Both the position numbers and the translations under genes were made by a program. Below are positions 36,880-49,700 of a stretch of DNA of 64,000 nt, one piece after another; the first letter of the stretch is position 1; every line of letters begins with the position of its first letter. This DNA comes from Takakia lepidozioides (taxonomy: Eukaryota; Plantae; Bryophyta). The DNA is taken from positions 16,430,001 to 16,494,000 of the forward strand of contig CM060732.1 in the NCBI GenBank assembly GCA_030704615.1, read 5' to 3'. The notes below the pieces were generated by a model. The model worked only from the letters and a program-made list of their open reading frames with translations. It searched no databases and was not told the origin of the DNA.

Positions 36880-39175
36880 TCAAAAAACCAGGTTCATCTT
36901 GCGACCCCTTATAGAAGCGTCTAAAGTTTCCCAAAAGGAGAGGACCGCTGTCCTGTCCTGGTGTCGCTTGTGCTTGCTTAGCTGCAACGAAAGAGAACAA
37001 GGTTCAGTAACCCAGTCAGCTACTTTCCGTTGGACCTTGACACCAACTTGCAGGCCTCTGTTGCCAACAGCCTACCTCAGCTGCCCATATGTTCCCTGGG
37101 ACATTTTGAGTGGTTATCCTAGTGCACGCCAGACTGAGGCACCTGAGACACCCGTTCAGTCCCCCTCCACCATCCTACTCTGATTTCTATGCGCTCTACG
37201 ACAGAAGCACCCATCTGGAACATCCCTCTGCCTCTTCCCAACCAGAAAGCTCCAATGTCAAGCTCAGAAAGCTAAGAGCAACCATACTCTACATTTTCTT
37301 CAAGAACGTTTGGGAGACATGACTGGGTACGTACTGTTGCATCCCCTCAGAAACTCGCCAAAACATAAGGCAGTGACAGTGTGCCTAACTCGTCACACTT
37401 TCTTCCCTCCAGCCATAATAGGTCTACATATCCTTTGCTTGGTAAAGTTAAAACGTTCTTCATGCACATTTCAAGCACTTGAACTGCGGACTTCGCACCA
37501 AAGCCAATCATGGATGGGACAGTAACAATATCATATAGCAGCTTGCATCCATGTAACACACAAGCTTGACAAGCTCTATATATTTAAAAGTACCCACCGA
37601 GATTATCTTCACATTCCATTGCTTCACTCTCTTGGCAGACTCCACACTGTCATCCTCAAATCGCAAATACACCCCCATTACTGCGACAATCCCACATCAA
37701 AAGTTGGACTTTCAATTGCAACATTTGTCAATTAAATATTTCAATAAAGCTAAAACTTTTGTCAAGCTCATCTACCGAAGCCCGTAATGTGAAAGACTTT
37801 GAGGGAAGGGCTGAAGATGGTAATGCGCTACCCCAGAAGGTGGAGTGGCCACGGCTGGAAAGGGTAGCAGAATCAGCGAAAGCAACTACTGAAACTAACT
37901 CCAAGATGTTCTGAGAAACGATTGACAGAGGTGAAACTCACATTTGTTGAAGATTTCGACATGGTCTTTAAATGGCCAATCTTTGAATTGCCACTCTTTA
38001 CCAAGCACAAATACGGCAACAACACGCTCCCAGTCCTTCGCAGAAAGGGCTGACGGCTTGTCCCTCACTTCGTACATGATAGGACGGTCCCTTCCCATCT
38101 TTCTTTGAATGGAAACGAACTCAGGCTTCTTTGCAACCTTTTTCACCTTCGTCTCAGGGGTTACATAAATTCCATCTTCTAGAAACTCCTTTGCATTGTA
38201 CGTGTTAAGCAGTGTCTGTGAAGCACTGGGAACAAGGATGATAGGAGGGCCAGCCTCCACTTTTGCTTTCTGGTTCGGTATAGTCGCCGAGGGCCGGTGA
38301 TGGGCATGCTGATTGGGACGATGCGTTTTCATGTCGGGTTTGGGTTTTGATGCATCTTTCTTCTTGGGGTCTGCAATGTATGACTGTGAGGGATCAATTC
38401 CAAGCTCTTCGGCTGCATCTGTCCCAAGGTGCTCCTTCCAGAACCGCTTCTCTTCAACGTTAACATAACGATTAGCAGGGTTTGGAGCCGGCATGGGCAG
38501 CTCCATGGGCTTCTCTGGCTCTTTCCTCAGCTGCTCTTCAGCCTTCTTCTTCTCCTCCTCCCTCCTATTCAGCATAGCTAAAATCCCTTCGAAGTTCTTG
38601 TTATGGCAGAGAAGAATCGTTTCCCTGTCTCGTAGAGGACGCTCACGCTCCCGTATAACCTCAATCATGTTCCTGCGTGCTGGTTCTCCACTGAAATCCG
38701 TGCTCTCACTCTCTTCACCATCAACCTCATTGCTTCGGAATTTCTTCAAAACGTGTTGGTTTATCTCATCAAGCCGGTGTGCCTCTCCCTCTTCATCACC
38801 GCGGGAATGCTTTCCAGTCCACTCCTCCCTAGCGGGCACGACTGGCGCGGCAGGGGCTAGTAGCTCAATGGCATCATTGGTGGCAACCTTGCCCTCAAGA
38901 TAGTCTTGCAGCGGCTTTCGGTCAGTGAAGGTCACAATCTGTAGCTTAGATGTCCGGGCCTGCTGCATGTAATCAGTATGCCGCACATGAGTATTCTTCA
39001 CAAAGAAGACCAACGATTCCAAAGTGTAGAGACTTCCCTGCTTGGACCTGTATGCGGTCTCGATGTTACGCGGGAATCGGTAGTCATCACCGAAGTGGTA
39101 CTCATCCCCCAACAGTCTCACGCTCTCCAAGTCATTGCGCACAGTGTAATCCCGCAGCAGACTCAATGGATCCAT
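36880..39175 (-). CDS. CDC73: CDC73/parafibromin (PAF1 complex subunit), 3 exons: 39175-37942, 37680-37598, 36981-36880; ~472 aa
   Basis: MDPLSLLRDY start, PIILVPSASQTL, DWERVVAVFVLGKEWQFKDWPF. GT-AG introns join in frame to LMGVYLRFEDDSVESAKRVKQWNVKIIS and LSKHKRHQDRTAVLSFWETLD...*. Confidence 0.95.
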
Positions 39176-39662
39176 CTTGCACCCACTTCTTCCAGCTTCA
39201 AGACCCCAGATTTTCACCAACCACCACCACGTAAACTAACAACTTCTGTTCCAGTAATAACCCCACTTCTCTCAGCACATCCAGATCCAGCACCAAGCTC
39301 TCATCTGTGCAAGCTTGCAGCTATTCCTCGTTCCCCTCCAAACCCTAATCTCCTACGTTGTACTAACACTAATAAGTACTGAGATCAATCTGATTAGTGT
39401 CAAACAAAACTCAATTAGTGAGATCATTAGTATAATTTCATCAGTACTGGACTAATTAGACCTAAATTGTTTTCCTCTTATATTTGGTCAAATAGCCATT
39501 AGTAGCCATACTTGGGCTTTCGTAGCCTTGTTGATCACCCCCCATGATTCTCCTTTGATGAGAAATTAGAACATTGTTGCTCTGCATCATGGCTCCACAG
39601 ATCAGTCTTTCTTGTGGCAAACTGCCAGTGAATAATATGAATAAATTTGTTTCCTCTAAGCT

Positions 39663-39836
39663 CCTCAAAAGATCCTTTGGGTTGAGGCAAAGAGGATGTG
39701 CTTCGAAGCACACCATTTTATGCTTCACATCAATCACTTTGAAGTACCGTCCATCTTTTCTGTTGGTGTCAGAAAACACCTCAAAAGAGCCTTTTGGGTG
39801 GGGCAAAAACGGTGTGCTTCGAAGCACACCATTTTT
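39663..39836. repeat. Direct duplication (~57 bp, period ~116) containing the palindrome GTGCTTCGAAGCAC
   Basis: TGTGCTTCGAAGCACA at 39697-39712; GGTGTGCTTCGAAGCACACC at 39811-39830. Confidence 0.8.
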
Positions 39837-42142
39837 GCAATGTCTTCAATGCCTTTGAAGATGGTGGGTTCTTTGTCGTCTTGTATGCAATATGCAGCAT
39901 AGGTCGGTACTTTACAGTCCTACCTATTTATTGAAGCCATGGGCTCTTCTTTCATGATGGGGTCTAATTTCATCATACTGTACATGCCTTTATACCCACG
40001 GATATATAGGTCCAATGGGAATAGGTACCCTTTCTTCAACCGCCCGTCCTTTGGCATTTGTTGACGTGGCATCCGCTCACGCTGATGTGGCGTGAGCGTG
40101 GGCTCACGCCACGTCACAGTGGGGCAGCCTGCGCTCACGACACATCGCTCATCCCTCCTCAGGCGTTGGGACTTCCCTCCGGCGAGATCCCTTGCTCTGG
40201 CTCCGCCGAGCTCCTCAATGTGTCCCTCCCTCCCTCCTGCACAAGTGCAGAGGGTCAGTTTTTTGGTCTAACATACCTTCTTGGGGAAGGACTTCACGCT
40301 CCAATCATCACACAATGAGCTCGCAAGGTAGAATCTCCGGACAATCATGAGGGAATGAGACAGAGGACGCGATGCTGGGAGGGGGATAGGCAACAACAGC
40401 AGGAGGAGGCGGGGATCATTATCGAAGAAATGTTGTCTTGTAGTGGAGATCATACGAACAAAAAGAGGCGGGCAAGAAAAACCAGTCGTATTGCGTGCCT
40501 TCAGAGCGGAAATCAAGGGTCACGAATTTACGCTACTGCGTAGGGAGGAAACCCGTGTTAATTCAAGATCGATAGCGTGCTAGAAGAAGTACCTGATAAA
40601 ACCAGCAAGGATCGAAACTAGCCACGGGTGGACATTGGCTAAGTACGAGCGGACACCACCAGCGAGTGGGAGGAATCACTCCACTCATAAATCCACTCAA
40701 TCACATAAATTAAGTCAAGCCAATGGCACCTTTGCTAAAGGAATCCACCCTACAAAACCCTCACCACACTCCCTCTCAATACCTAGAGCTATGGAGGTGG
40801 GAGAGGCTCATGGAGGCTCAACTACAAGAAGATGAGCCCTCCTCAACCCTCACAAGGGGAAAACCCATCCCCATGTCCCAAGTGAGGCTTGACACCTCAT
40901 TTGGCATATGAGACCAAATGAAGTCCCAACACACAAAATGCACATATAAATATCCAAAATGTCCTAGTTAACTAGAAGTATGTAAGCATCGTGCAACAAC
41001 ATACATCGTTGTCCATCATACATCCTAAGCATACAATCCTAGAGAGCTATGCCACAATCGCCCCCCTAGCTGGTGATTAGGTCCCTCTAACACCAGATAG
41101 CTGACAAGTATCCATCCCAATAAGATCATCGCTTGGTCATCAATCGTCCAAGTCCCAGTATCTGAAGTCAATAAATCAAGAGGCCGGGTGCAATAGTAGC
41201 CCCATCGTTACTCGCCTTCCTGCAATCCATGGCTTCAATTGGGTGTCCATGGCATTGACCTCCCGTTAGCTAGATCTTGGATCACTAGTCAACCTCGCCA
41301 CTGTCATGCCCCACTACCTCTATCCAAGGCATCGTGGACACAACCATTCTCCACTAGGAACCTCCTCAAGTGGCGGTATCAAGCATCCCATGTGTCACCC
41401 CCTTGAGCATTTGTCAGACACCAACATGGTCGCGGTACCACCAGCATGCCCACATAGCATGCAACGCAACCCTACAGGTAAGGTGGCTTATCTTTGACTG
41501 GCGGACAGATCTGGAGCAATACTGGAATTCATGACCTGAAGGCAACACAGCTGAATGAGGAAAAGAAAGTTGATAAAGTGAAGGCAAAGAAAGTTCACAC
41601 ATTCCAAAACAAACCATATTTTCAGAAATGGGCAATCAGATGTGAAACGAGCAGCGGCAGGTGCAAGGGAGTAAGCGAGGCAAAGCATGATCAAGAGGAA
41701 GGGCAAACAGGGAGAAGATGGAATGGCATGATGAGTGAATACTCAGCTGGAGCAAATCTGGTCAGTTTTAGAGGAGTGGAGATTGAACAGCAGGCCAGCC
41801 CTGTTTTGTCTTTAAAGGAAGGTCAACGTCAACGGAAGCCGACTGATGAAAAAGGAGGACAGGTCATAAGGGAGTTTCCTTTTTTGGACTGATCATACCA
41901 GCAGCCGGGAGCTCACTTGACCTCATTCCAACCATAAACATGGACTTTACCAGGAGCCAAGGGGCTGGAACCCAGGAAGGGAAGGAAGCAGAAGTCGATG
42001 AAACCTCTGAAACTGAGTCAAATGAACTGAACTCGAAGGAGACATCATCAGCAGACATAAACCTATCACCTGCCTCTTATGATGAAGAAACTACAAATGC
42101 CTTGAGTCAAGAAGGGACCAGCAGTGAAGAAAAGCATGAACA

Positions 42143-45100
42143 CACTACAGGAAAAGGGGGCCTCTGCGACGCCCGAGCCATGCCGCAGCCACGCAGCGGC
42201 GTCAGGAAAACGCCGATTTCGGGCAGGGGCAGGCGCAAAAATTTGCGACGCCTGGCCGTCGCCCGCATTAGCATGGGCGTCGCCAAAATAACGTCGCAAA
42301 AATGCAACGTATGGGGGTCGCGAGCCCCCGCCCCAACTCCCGCGACTGCCGGACGTCGCTTTTCAGGCCGTCCACGTCGATGGCAGGGGCCTCATTCGAG
42401 CGACGTCTCACCGTCGCGGCCCTCCAGTCGACGGCGTTGGTGGGGCGCCGGCGCGGCGTCGCATCCCTTTTTTTTTTCTAACCTGCCCGGAAGTCCCATC
42501 CTAAAACCCAAAAACACGTGGCGTAAGCCGGGTGGTACGCCAAGCGACAATTGGGCGTGGCAAAAAAAAACAGCAGGATCAGGAATCGGGCTCCGCCACG
42601 CCCGGGCGTGGGTTTTCGCGACGCTCTGGCGTCATTTTTTTATATATTTAATCCAACAAAAAAAAACGTGGCGCAGGCAGGGTGGCGGGCTTTGCGACGC
42701 CAGGGCGTCACGGCTTGCGACCCCCGGACCAAAAAAACACGTCGCAGGGGGGTGTTGGGTGTTGCCGCCCACAAATGGGTTTTGCGACGCCCGACCGTCG
42801 CGGGTTGCGACCCCCGCCCAAAAAGCACGTCGCCATTGGCGACATCCTACAGTCGCGAGGGCAGCCTGGTGGGGGGGGGGGGGTTTGGGGGTTGATTTTG
42901 GGGGTGAATTGGAGGTGGTTTTTTGTTTTTTGCCTGGTTTTGTTTTTGGGGATGGGAGACCTTACAGTTCCATTTCTCTGATTTAGCAGGTACACAATTG
43001 AGCAAGCATGAATCGAGGGTGAGGACGGTGTGACACATGAATAAGATGGAAGATGGAAAGATGGAAATATATTTACAGGAAATGAGCTGAAAAGCTCACA
43101 AGGGTTCAGTAAGCTAACCCTGGGACCTACATGGACTAGGACTAGTCATCCTCATCCTCATCCTCAGTGGAGGACTCAGAGCTATCCGATGAGCCTGATG
43201 ACTCCGCGCCCTTTGCCAGAGCACCTAAATGAGGCGGCGTTCCCCTAAGTCCCACAGAGCTCTCATCCAATCCCTGGCCATGACCCCCAACCTCATCCAT
43301 ACTAGTGCCCTGTAGTGCACTCATCTCCTCCGTGTTGGTCATGTTCTTCATGAGGGATTGTCAACCATGCTCCTTGGCGTAGTTGTAGTCTACCGGAGAT
43401 GGCTTCCTCTCAAATGCGCGTTGCTACACATACCACAAATTAAAGTCAGTTCTTCGCGATGATGGAGACAGAAAGAAGACATAACAAAATCCATAGGGAA
43501 GCACGACTTACAAATCGCAAGATAAAACCCTTGGATCCGCCGGCGCCCCACTTGTGTGTGGATTCGTGCTTGTCAAGGCGGACTGTTGTTGCTTCGCGTG
43601 CCGGTCAAATTTGGCCTTGTTTGCTCTCTCGCAATGAGTGCATCCCACGATACCTATGCACCCCCCCAAAAAAAATTAGTGAATTACACACATATGTTGC
43701 ATCGAATCTACCTCATTAATGCATATGCGACAAATAGAAGGTGACATGATTCAGGATTTGCCAACCTGTGTAATTCCATAAGGTGGTTTGGGTATGGCCC
43801 CCTTTTCCATTGCCCTCCAAATGATCTGTCTGGCACGGTACCTCCTGTCCTTCAAGTTTCGCCCCACCATCTCCATCACCCTTGTGTCACTCCAATTGCC
43901 CGGAAACCGGTGGTCTAACTCACGGGCATACGCCCGCTTCGCGCCAAAGTGTTGATCAGCCCACTCAATGTGCAAAGGGAACCACCTCAATGCGAGTTCG
44001 AAGGCTGGCTTCTTCACAGCCTCCCAGAACGCACCGCATGAGTCACCATGACGATTCACCTCCACCGGTGGCACCACGATCTTTGCCAACTCCACGTCCT
44101 GTATCGCCAAGGGCATGTTCTTCTTCCCACCCTCTCCCTTCTTTGTAGCCTCCTTCCCCTGCTCCTTTGTTACCCCACTGCCCTCCCCCGCATGCACACT
44201 CACCCCTTCCTCTCCATGGGACTTCTTCTTCTTCTTCTTCTTTTCCTTCCCCTTCTCTACGACCATCTCCTTCCCCTTCCCCGCTACTTCCTCTCTCTCC
44301 TTCTCCATCTCCCTTCTCTCTCTCTCTCCTCGGCAGCCCCTTCATTGATGGTAAAAGGGATTTCGGGAGGTCGAGGCCTCTTCTTCTTACCTTTGGTGTT
44401 CGGGTCCTTCATGAACACCACGTGCTCTCCCTCATTGGCAACCCCACTGGACTGCACCAATGAGGCCAGCCATGTTGCTGCCTCCTGAAGACAAATAACC
44501 CCTCCAAATTCAAAAAAAGAACAACAACAAAGAAAATCATGCATGCAAAGGAAAGGATAAAACATGGAACAAGGTGCAACAGTTGTACCTTTGCAAGCTT
44601 GTCCGACTCGCCCCTGGTGTCACCCGATGTGGCAAGAGTCCCCGTTGCCGGATGTGCCCGCTCTATCCCCTCCCGGAGCGCCACTGGAAGTAGATTCCAG
44701 ATGTGGAGCATAGCCGGCGGCGGCGCCCCGTAGTCCAGGCCCTTCTTTGCTGACCGCTTAGGCTCAGGGGGCGGCGTCGCTGATCGGCTAGGCCGCTCCG
44801 AACCGGCCCATACCTCCTCCTCCTCCCCCCCCCCCCCAAAAAATGCGTATCAGGGTAGAAGCTCTCACCCGGCTTGACTTCTTCGAGGCGCTTCGCTATC
44901 TTGGCCACTTCATTGGCCCTCCTCGTCTCCTCCTCCCTCATCGACAACAATGGGCTAGCAATGGAGGCTTTCAAAGGCCCTTGAACCTGACGTTGGGCCT
45001 TGGCAAGTGCAGCCTTTGTTGCGGAGGAAGGGGTCGCTATGGGGGTGACATCCAAAAGTTGCCCATACCGGGCCCCCGAATGGGTGATGTGCTTGCCAAG

Positions 45101-46429
45101 GTACATTTCACCCGTCTTGGTGGCCGGGGGTGTGCTCAACTGAGCATCCAGCTCAGCAACAACCTCCCGAATAGGAGAGCTGGCTGAGCCGGCCCCTGGC
45201 GCATCCAAGATGTGGACAAGAGGGGGGGTACTGGCCTCGGGGGGCAGACGAGCCCTCCGGCTGCGGCTATCGACAGGGCTGGTTAACCGTGAGACGCCCT
45301 GGCGCGTCACACGTGCCGGCAGAGCAAACGGATTGTCCGCCCCTTTCTTTGGGGCAGGGGACTCCTTCTCTTTCCCCATAAGCTGGCACCTATCATGCAA
45401 ACCCACAAGTTGGCCTCATGAGGAAACAATCTCTACATCCCAGATCAAAAACAAAAAAAACCAAGCATGTCGGGGGCTGAGAGCAGCAAGTGCTCGGGGT
45501 CTCGAGAGGGGGCAACAAAGAGAAAAGAAAGAGGTGGGGGGGGGGGGGGGGGGGGAGTGACTGAGCACCACCAGCAGCTGCTGAGCACCACGGGCTCAGT
45601 CACTCCCCCCCTCCCTTTTTTTTTTTTTTTTGGTTTCCCTCTCTCTTCCTCTCTCTCCCTCTGGAAACTGGGTTTATGGGATTGTTGTCCCGACTTCCAT
45701 CTTTGAGGAAATTGAAAAAATTGAAAAACTGGGTTGCAGGGAATTTTGGATGTTTTTCATCCAAAATAGAAATTTTTCCCTAGTGAAATATTTCTTCACT
45801 AAATACCTGTGAGATGCAAAACTCCCGTCAGTTTCTACTTTTTCAATCCAACCTAGATGAAAAAAAAACTTCGGGGCAAGACAGGTATAAACCCCCGATG
45901 TTTTTCATCTAATCTAGATGAAATACGGACTGCATCCGTTGAGTGCAAGACAGGATGAACGCACGATGTCTTTCATCTTCCGCGAATAAGAAACGGACAA
46001 CGTCTGTCGGGCGTACAGGCTGGCGGATGTTTTTCATCCTGAGAAGGATGAATGACGGGCCAGACAGGGGAAAACCCTGCGCAACCCTAATGTCTTTCTT
46101 TTGGCGCTGCGAGAGCGCGCGCGATGGCTTGGGAGGAGCGATGGTGCTCGTGCTGCAGATACCTTGAGCTGCCAATCCTTGAGTGTTTATGGCTCCGGTG
46201 AGCGCCGCCTAGGCGGGCTCTTTAAGGCGATGGTGGTGGCTTAGAGATGAGGGAAGATTCACTATCTCCGTTGTCTGTTTTTTTGCTGCACAAGGGAACC
46301 ACGGCAGTGATGGCGGAGGTACCACCTACATGCTTATGACGTTTCCTTAGGAGCCCTCCTCTAGATCTTTGATGAATGGCGGCGTCTTGGTAGAACACGG
46401 AAGTCTCTCTCCCTCCCTTTATAAACCCT
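42143..46429 (-). mobile_element. CACTA (En/Spm) element: one terminus, subterminal repeats and a TnpA-like gene; other end not found
   Basis: CACTACAGGAAAA at 42143; many GCGACG(CC)/CGTCGC motifs in both orientations to ~42860; minus-strand exons resembling the Ptta/En/Spm (Transposase_24) family. Confidence 0.75.
43142..45406 (-). pseudogene. En/Spm TnpA-like spliced gene remnant
   Basis: WADQHFGAKRAYARELDHRFPGNWSD..VGRNLKDRRYR..PKPPYGITQ|; next exon VSWDALI...HKWGAGGSKGF; acidic C-terminus. Confidence 0.55.
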
Positions 46430-46740
46430 ACCTTTTGCCCGGGGGGTGCACTCTTTATAAACTGTGCGTATCACGTGCGTTCGTCGCCTAATAAAAAAAT
46501 CCCCTGTATACGGGTCCTTGGATAATTTATACCCCCTCTGTACATACTTTTTGAAGATTATAAAATCCCCTCCTGTAAATATACAAAAATTTACAATTTT
46601 CGAAAAGTACCCCCTTCTGTATGTATATTCTCATTTTTCATCATTAAAAATAACCCTCCAATATGTATATGTATGTTTTTATATTATATCGAATTTATTC
46701 ATTTAAAACATAATAAAATCTAACAAATTAATTAAAAAAA

Positions 46741-49700
46741 TTATTTGCCTTTGATAAAGTTGTCAAAGACTTTTCGGTCATTTGCATCAAGAACATATGT
46801 GTTTGACTTGACATTGTACTTTAAACATGCTAACGCGATAATGGAATCCAAATCAACCATCATGTTATCCGTCAAATCGTACGTATAGACCCCTCCTCGA
46901 ATTTTTTGGTACCATGCTAACCCAATCTCCATATGAGAAGGACGCTCCAATAAATCAACAGAATCCCTACATTCTACAAACCGCTTATTGATTTTCTTCC
47001 GCATTCTTTGAACCCTGCCCAAATACCAAGTGCCTTTGGTTGCTCCTCTGCAGGTTTTCCCTGGTCTACCTTTCCTGTTTGTAGTTTGGATCGCAGTCTC
47101 CCCATCAACAAAAAATACAGCACAATCCGAACCCAATCCCAAGCTCGTGGCTTTGTTGCTGGTAGTTGGTTTGTTTTCTCGGCAAAACAACATCGATGCA
47201 CTTCTTACTCGTGTCAATCTATCCTTGGATAGAGTAGGGTTGCCATTGAGTTGGCTAACCAAAGTGCTTTTGAATATGGTCTTCCCGTCTACTTTGACAA
47301 ATGGAACCACTGCCTTCGATCCATCTTTCTCTTGTTCAAACTCATCAATGACAGCATCCAGAGTATGTCTCAATTCACTTTGAACAAGTACCTCTTCCGC
47401 ATGATCATCCAAAGGTTGGCTCAAAACATCCTCCATTGAATTCGAAGGCCCGCACACCAATTCATCTTCCACGACCTCATTTTGAATATGTGTGTCTGCA
47501 TTAAGAGGACAAATAGAATCTATGGCATTGACATCATCACCCTCCTCTTCCATGCTTTTGAATAGCTCGACCTCCATTTGTCTCTCAATTGTCCATGGCT
47601 CATTCCACCAATCCAAGTTTGTTGCTTTGTTTGGTTTCATCCCAAGTTTATGGCATAAAAGTTGCGCTTCTAGAAATCCAGTTTTCAAAGCCTCCACAAT
47701 GCAATCATCCGATTGGACAGTAGAAAAGTCGGACAAATCAGCAAGGGGGATACCTGGCTTCTTCTCCAAAGAAGACCATATGTGTTCTTGTTTCTTGTGA
47801 GCTCTTGAGAACTTGGGTCCTTTTGGATTCGCCTCGAACTCGGATATGCGTGTTAATGCTCCCGCACTCTCAATCAAATCACACCCGTCATATGTCCTCT
47901 CATTCCGTGACATACCTCCCACTTTGCTGAAGAATATTTCACACACATCTGAACCAACAAGGCTCAAAGGAACTTGCACATGATTAAACTTATCCTTGAA
48001 CAATTTGATAAGTAGAACCACGTAGTGGCATGAAATTTGTAAATCCAAGTATGCTTCCCTGCTAATGAAGAAGGATTTCAGATTATACACCTCGTGCTGG
48101 AATAGCCACAACTTCCACAATCTGAAAAAAAAATGATACCTTCGCAGCAGATTGTACCCTCTCACACAATGACATGTGAGGAGACAAAAAAATGTCGATG
48201 TAGCATGAAATGATGTATAGGTAAATTTCAGTACCTTTGGTCCTCTCTCTTCGATGATTCACAGTTGATTGTAACTCCCTCAAACAAGCTTGCACCTTCC
48301 GAGATGCCAGTCGTTGAGCTGCTGCCCAATTCTGTCGATCTTCTCTTTTGATATCACATTCCCGAAGTCCATGCTTGTCCACTGAAAATGAATGGTAGAC
48401 CAATAACACATGATTCAATGTAGCAACCTCATCACCCAACACCAAAGTCCGTGATGCACTGTCCAAGGGATTTACCAATTTTTTCCCATTGTGGATGAAG
48501 TCCTGATCATGGAGTCCGTATATATCTCCCCCGTTGCACACTCGACCTGTAAACAACCATCCTTCCCAAGGGATGCAAAATCTACTTCCAGCCCCATTGG
48601 CATAATCTTCTAACATCACTTTTCTCCTCCTACTATCTCCGTCTGAAGCATGCCCAATTATAGGCCCAACCACGTCCCTCACATATTTGTCCCACAACTG
48701 TCTCACCACTTCCCATTGTGATCTCACAAAATTGTTGTCAAATCTATTGCAAGTGAGCTGGATTACCAATACCAATCGAGGTAACCGTACATGTAGAGGA
48801 TTTGCTATCAACACTCTAGCATAATGGGCAACCACATTGTTTTTGAATGCCTCCACAATATGTTGGTACCCTGATTCCCCTTCTCCCACTTGCACCACAA
48901 AATTTGAAATACATACATGGTTGTCTTGAAGCCCACAAAACCCGAGAAGGGTGTCATCCCTAGCAATCCAACGTACCAATCGCTTCACAACAGTTTCATC
49001 TTCGGCCACCATCACTGGGATGCTTCCCAATGGAATATTTGCATCTTCCATCACATCTCTGTAAATTCCAGCCACATGCTGAAATATATCATCCGTTTCT
49101 CCCGCTCTATACTTCAAACCTTTCCTCAAAGACCGTCTTGTAGTATCAATAGAAGGACCCCCACATTTGAAGCCAAAAAATGATGCAATCTCGGACCCCC
49201 CCAAAGCTGCACAGTCTCAAACATTGTTTTTGTGCTAGTACCATACCTCTTCCCTTGTGGAGACCTGTCAATATTCTTGCCCATATCAACAAGAAAATCC
49301 CACAAACTTTCTTTTCCTTCAAAATCCCCCCTCCTATGTGCATCAACAATATCACGACAAAATTTGAGAACATCTCCTCTTTCAATTGCCTCAATCCCAG
49401 ACTCCTTCAAACTCCTACATCGCACAGACAATGATGCCACTTTGGTCCTGGCCTCCCACAATTTGAACCTCAACTGCCTCAACTCCTGTCTGTTTTTGTA
49501 AACTTGTTTGACAATCTCCGCATTTCCAAGATATGACAACCTTCTTCCCTTGCCAGTATCTCTCTCCCCTCTACATTCCATGGCACCTCTTTCTCTATAT
49601 ACCCTCATTCTGAAGTCATTTTCCAAGGGAATGGAAGAACATGCTGAACATCTCAAGTTTGGAAATGGCTCCCCATCCAATGACACTCTAAAACAATCCG

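Noticed and set aside
37895-39220. Single-exon 441-aa CDC73 as in the ORF track
   Set aside because: The conserved start is MDPL at 39175, and the frame runs into an intron at 37941; two more exons complete the protein.
39900-41500. Possible solo LTR or TE remnant
   Set aside because: Composition is suggestive, but no termini, TSD or coding motif were found.
41940-42986. 348-aa ORF
   Set aside because: It reads through the CACTA terminus and GC-rich subterminal repeats; low complexity and no domain.
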